A stretch of DNA of 64,000 bases from Neodothiora populina (lineage: Eukaryota). Of the stretch, positions 62,003-64,000 are shown piece after piece. A program made the position numbers and the translations under genes. Under the pieces are notes generated by a model. That model saw only the letters and a program-made list of their open reading frames with translations. It searched no databases and was not told where the DNA came from. The stretch spans positions 1,426,001 to 1,490,000 of the forward strand of contig NW_027191404.1 of the NCBI RefSeq assembly GCF_041146345.1. Direction: 5' to 3'. Each line of letters begins with the position of its first letter. Positions within the stretch are counted from its first letter, which is position 1.

Positions 62003-63830
62003 ATGTCTTCTGTCAGGACAGCATTGAGGGCTTCGAGCCTTGTGAATGCTCGTATTTCGAGCAGGCCCGTCCTTGGAGGTCAGCAGTCAATTCGCGCCTC
62101 AGCATGGCGGGGCATGTCGACAGAGGCACAGCACAAAGTATGAATTGCTCGTTCTGCATGAAGGAAGGGAGAATCGCACTCATGCTGACTCTGTATAGCT
62201 GCTCTCTGCAAACCTTGAACAGGCAGATCCGACTGTGTACGACATCATCCAGAAGGTAAATATTCGAAGAATGAAGTTAGAAACCGGCCCTGGAAGTCCA
62301 ACAAAATTAACTTGTTGTAGGAAAAAAGACGACAGAAGCATTTCATCAACCTCATTCCTTCCGAGAACTTCACATCTCAGGCAGTGTTGGATGCGCTTGG
62401 AAGCCCCATGCAAAGTGAGCAACGCCACCAGAAGCGGAATCGCATTTGGCATTGGAGCGGTGCATCTGACGTGACGCAGACAAATACTCAGAGGGATACC
62501 CTGGCGCACGCTACTACGGAGGCAACGAGCACATTGATGAGGCCGAGACGCTATGTCAGCAAAGAGCACTCCAGGCCTTTGGTCTGAACCCAGAGGACTG
62601 GGGAGTCAACGTGCAGCGTAAGAATTGTCGCATCAAGCATCAACCATCGTCCGCTCTAATTATGCTGACACCAATCGTCCAGCTCTCTCTGGATCCCCCG
62701 CCAACCTCCAGGCCTACTCTGCCCTCCTCAACACTCACGACCGCATCATGGGTCTCGATCTGCCCCACGGCGGTCATCTCTCGCATGGTTACCAGACCCC
62801 CACAAGAAAGATTTCGGCCATCTCCAAATACTTTGAGACACTTCCATACAGACTGAACGAGAAGACCGGTTTGATCGACTACGACAAGCTGCAGGATCTC
62901 GCCACTCTTTACCGACCAAAGATCATCATTGCAGGCACATCTGCGTACAGCAGGCTGATCGAGTACGAGCGCATGCGTGCCATCGCTGACGATGTCGGTG
63001 CCTACCTTCTCTCCGACATGGCCCATATCTCGGGTCTCGTCGCCGCTGGCGTCATCCCCTCGCCGTTCCAATACTCCGACGTGGTCACCACGACGACACA
63101 CAAGTCCCTTCGTGGACCTCGCGGTGCCATGATTTTCTTCCGCAAGGGTGTCAGGCGGACGGATAAGAAGGGCGTTGAGGTCATGTACGACCTAGAGAAC
63201 CCCATCAACGCCTCGGTGTTCCCTGGACATCAAGGTGGACCCCACAACCACACCATTACTGCCTTGGCTGTAGCTCTGCAACAGGCTCAGACCCCCGAGT
63301 TCAAGGACTACCAGCAAACCGTGCTAGAAAATGCCAAGGCTTTTGCAGCACGCCTGGGCGATTCCAAGGAGAAGGGCGGCCTCGGATACTCCATTGTGTC
63401 TGGAGGTACTGACAATCACCTTGTGCTGATTGACCTCAAGGACAAGGGTATCGATGGTGCACGTGTCGAGCGCATCTTGGAGCTCGTCGGCGTTGCTGCC
63501 AACAAGAACACTGTCCCTGGAGATTTGTCCGCTATGAAGCCCGGCGGTCTCCGCATGGGTACACCAGCCATGACTTCGCGCGGTTTCCAACCCGACGACT
63601 TCGAGAGAGTCGCAGATGTTGTTCACCGAGCAGTCGAGATCACCAGAAGACTGGCCGGCACGGCAAAGGAGGCCATGACGAAAGCTGGTCGCAAGAACCC
63701 AGGCAGCGTCAACGCTTTCAAGGAGCACGTTGGCGAGGGCGAGGAGATTACCGAGATCGTGCAGCTGAGGAAGGAGGTCGAGGATTGGGTTGGTACCTTT
63801 TCACTTCCCTGGGAGAAGAACGGATCATAG
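62003..63830 (+). CDS. SHM1: Serine hydroxymethyltransferase, mitochondrial type (4 introns)
   Basis: Arg/Ser-rich presequence [46 protein letters not shown]-lysine motif [30 protein letters not shown]. Confidence 0.96.
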
Positions 63831-64000
63831 GCAGAGTGTCTATAGCCTGTGGCTCGTGATCCCTTCCTCAGTGTCTCGTCCGTATCGCGATGTAGACATT
63901 CATAGCATATGCCTGAGCGAGGATCAGCACTGTGATTCTGGCGTAACACAGTTCTGGCCCAACACGACGGGCTCGGCGTAAATCGGCGTCGTTGAGCTTT

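Noticed and set aside
1..64000. CRISPR arrays, rRNA, intact transposons
   Set aside because: No regularly spaced repeats, rRNA signatures, or transposase/reverse-transcriptase motifs seen.

Overview
Gene-dense eukaryotic DNA from a filamentous ascomycete. GT-AG introns with CTRAC branch points and the gene content suggest Pezizomycotina, probably a Dothideomycete (inference). The window holds about 17 protein-coding genes: three MFS transporters, a secreted/GPI-type Cys- and Thr-rich wall protein, primase PRI1, an SDR, proteasome subunits PRE2 and RPN12, the N-degron E3 ligase UBR1, a short Zn2Cys6 factor, allantoinase, a Gbp2/Hrb1-type SR-RRM protein, an SLC25 carrier, a NYN/PIN nuclease, a 2H phosphoesterase, an uncharacterised protein and mitochondrial SHMT. 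It also holds two intron-containing tRNAs (Ala-AGC, Ile-AAT) and a U1 snRNA gene. The standout is a DNMT5-type DNA methyltransferase-SNF2 gene (50425-57430). All its catalytic motifs look intact, but the reading frame is interrupted by one in-frame TAG (54176-54178) between the methyltransferase and ATPase halves, where a Trp (TGG) is plausible. This makes it a candidate for A-to-I stop-codon-restoring editing or readthrough; a RIP-type or recent nonsense mutation, or a sequencing error, are the alternatives. An 8-nt microexon encodes the core of an RRM RNP1 motif. All calls are by eye and no database searches were run.
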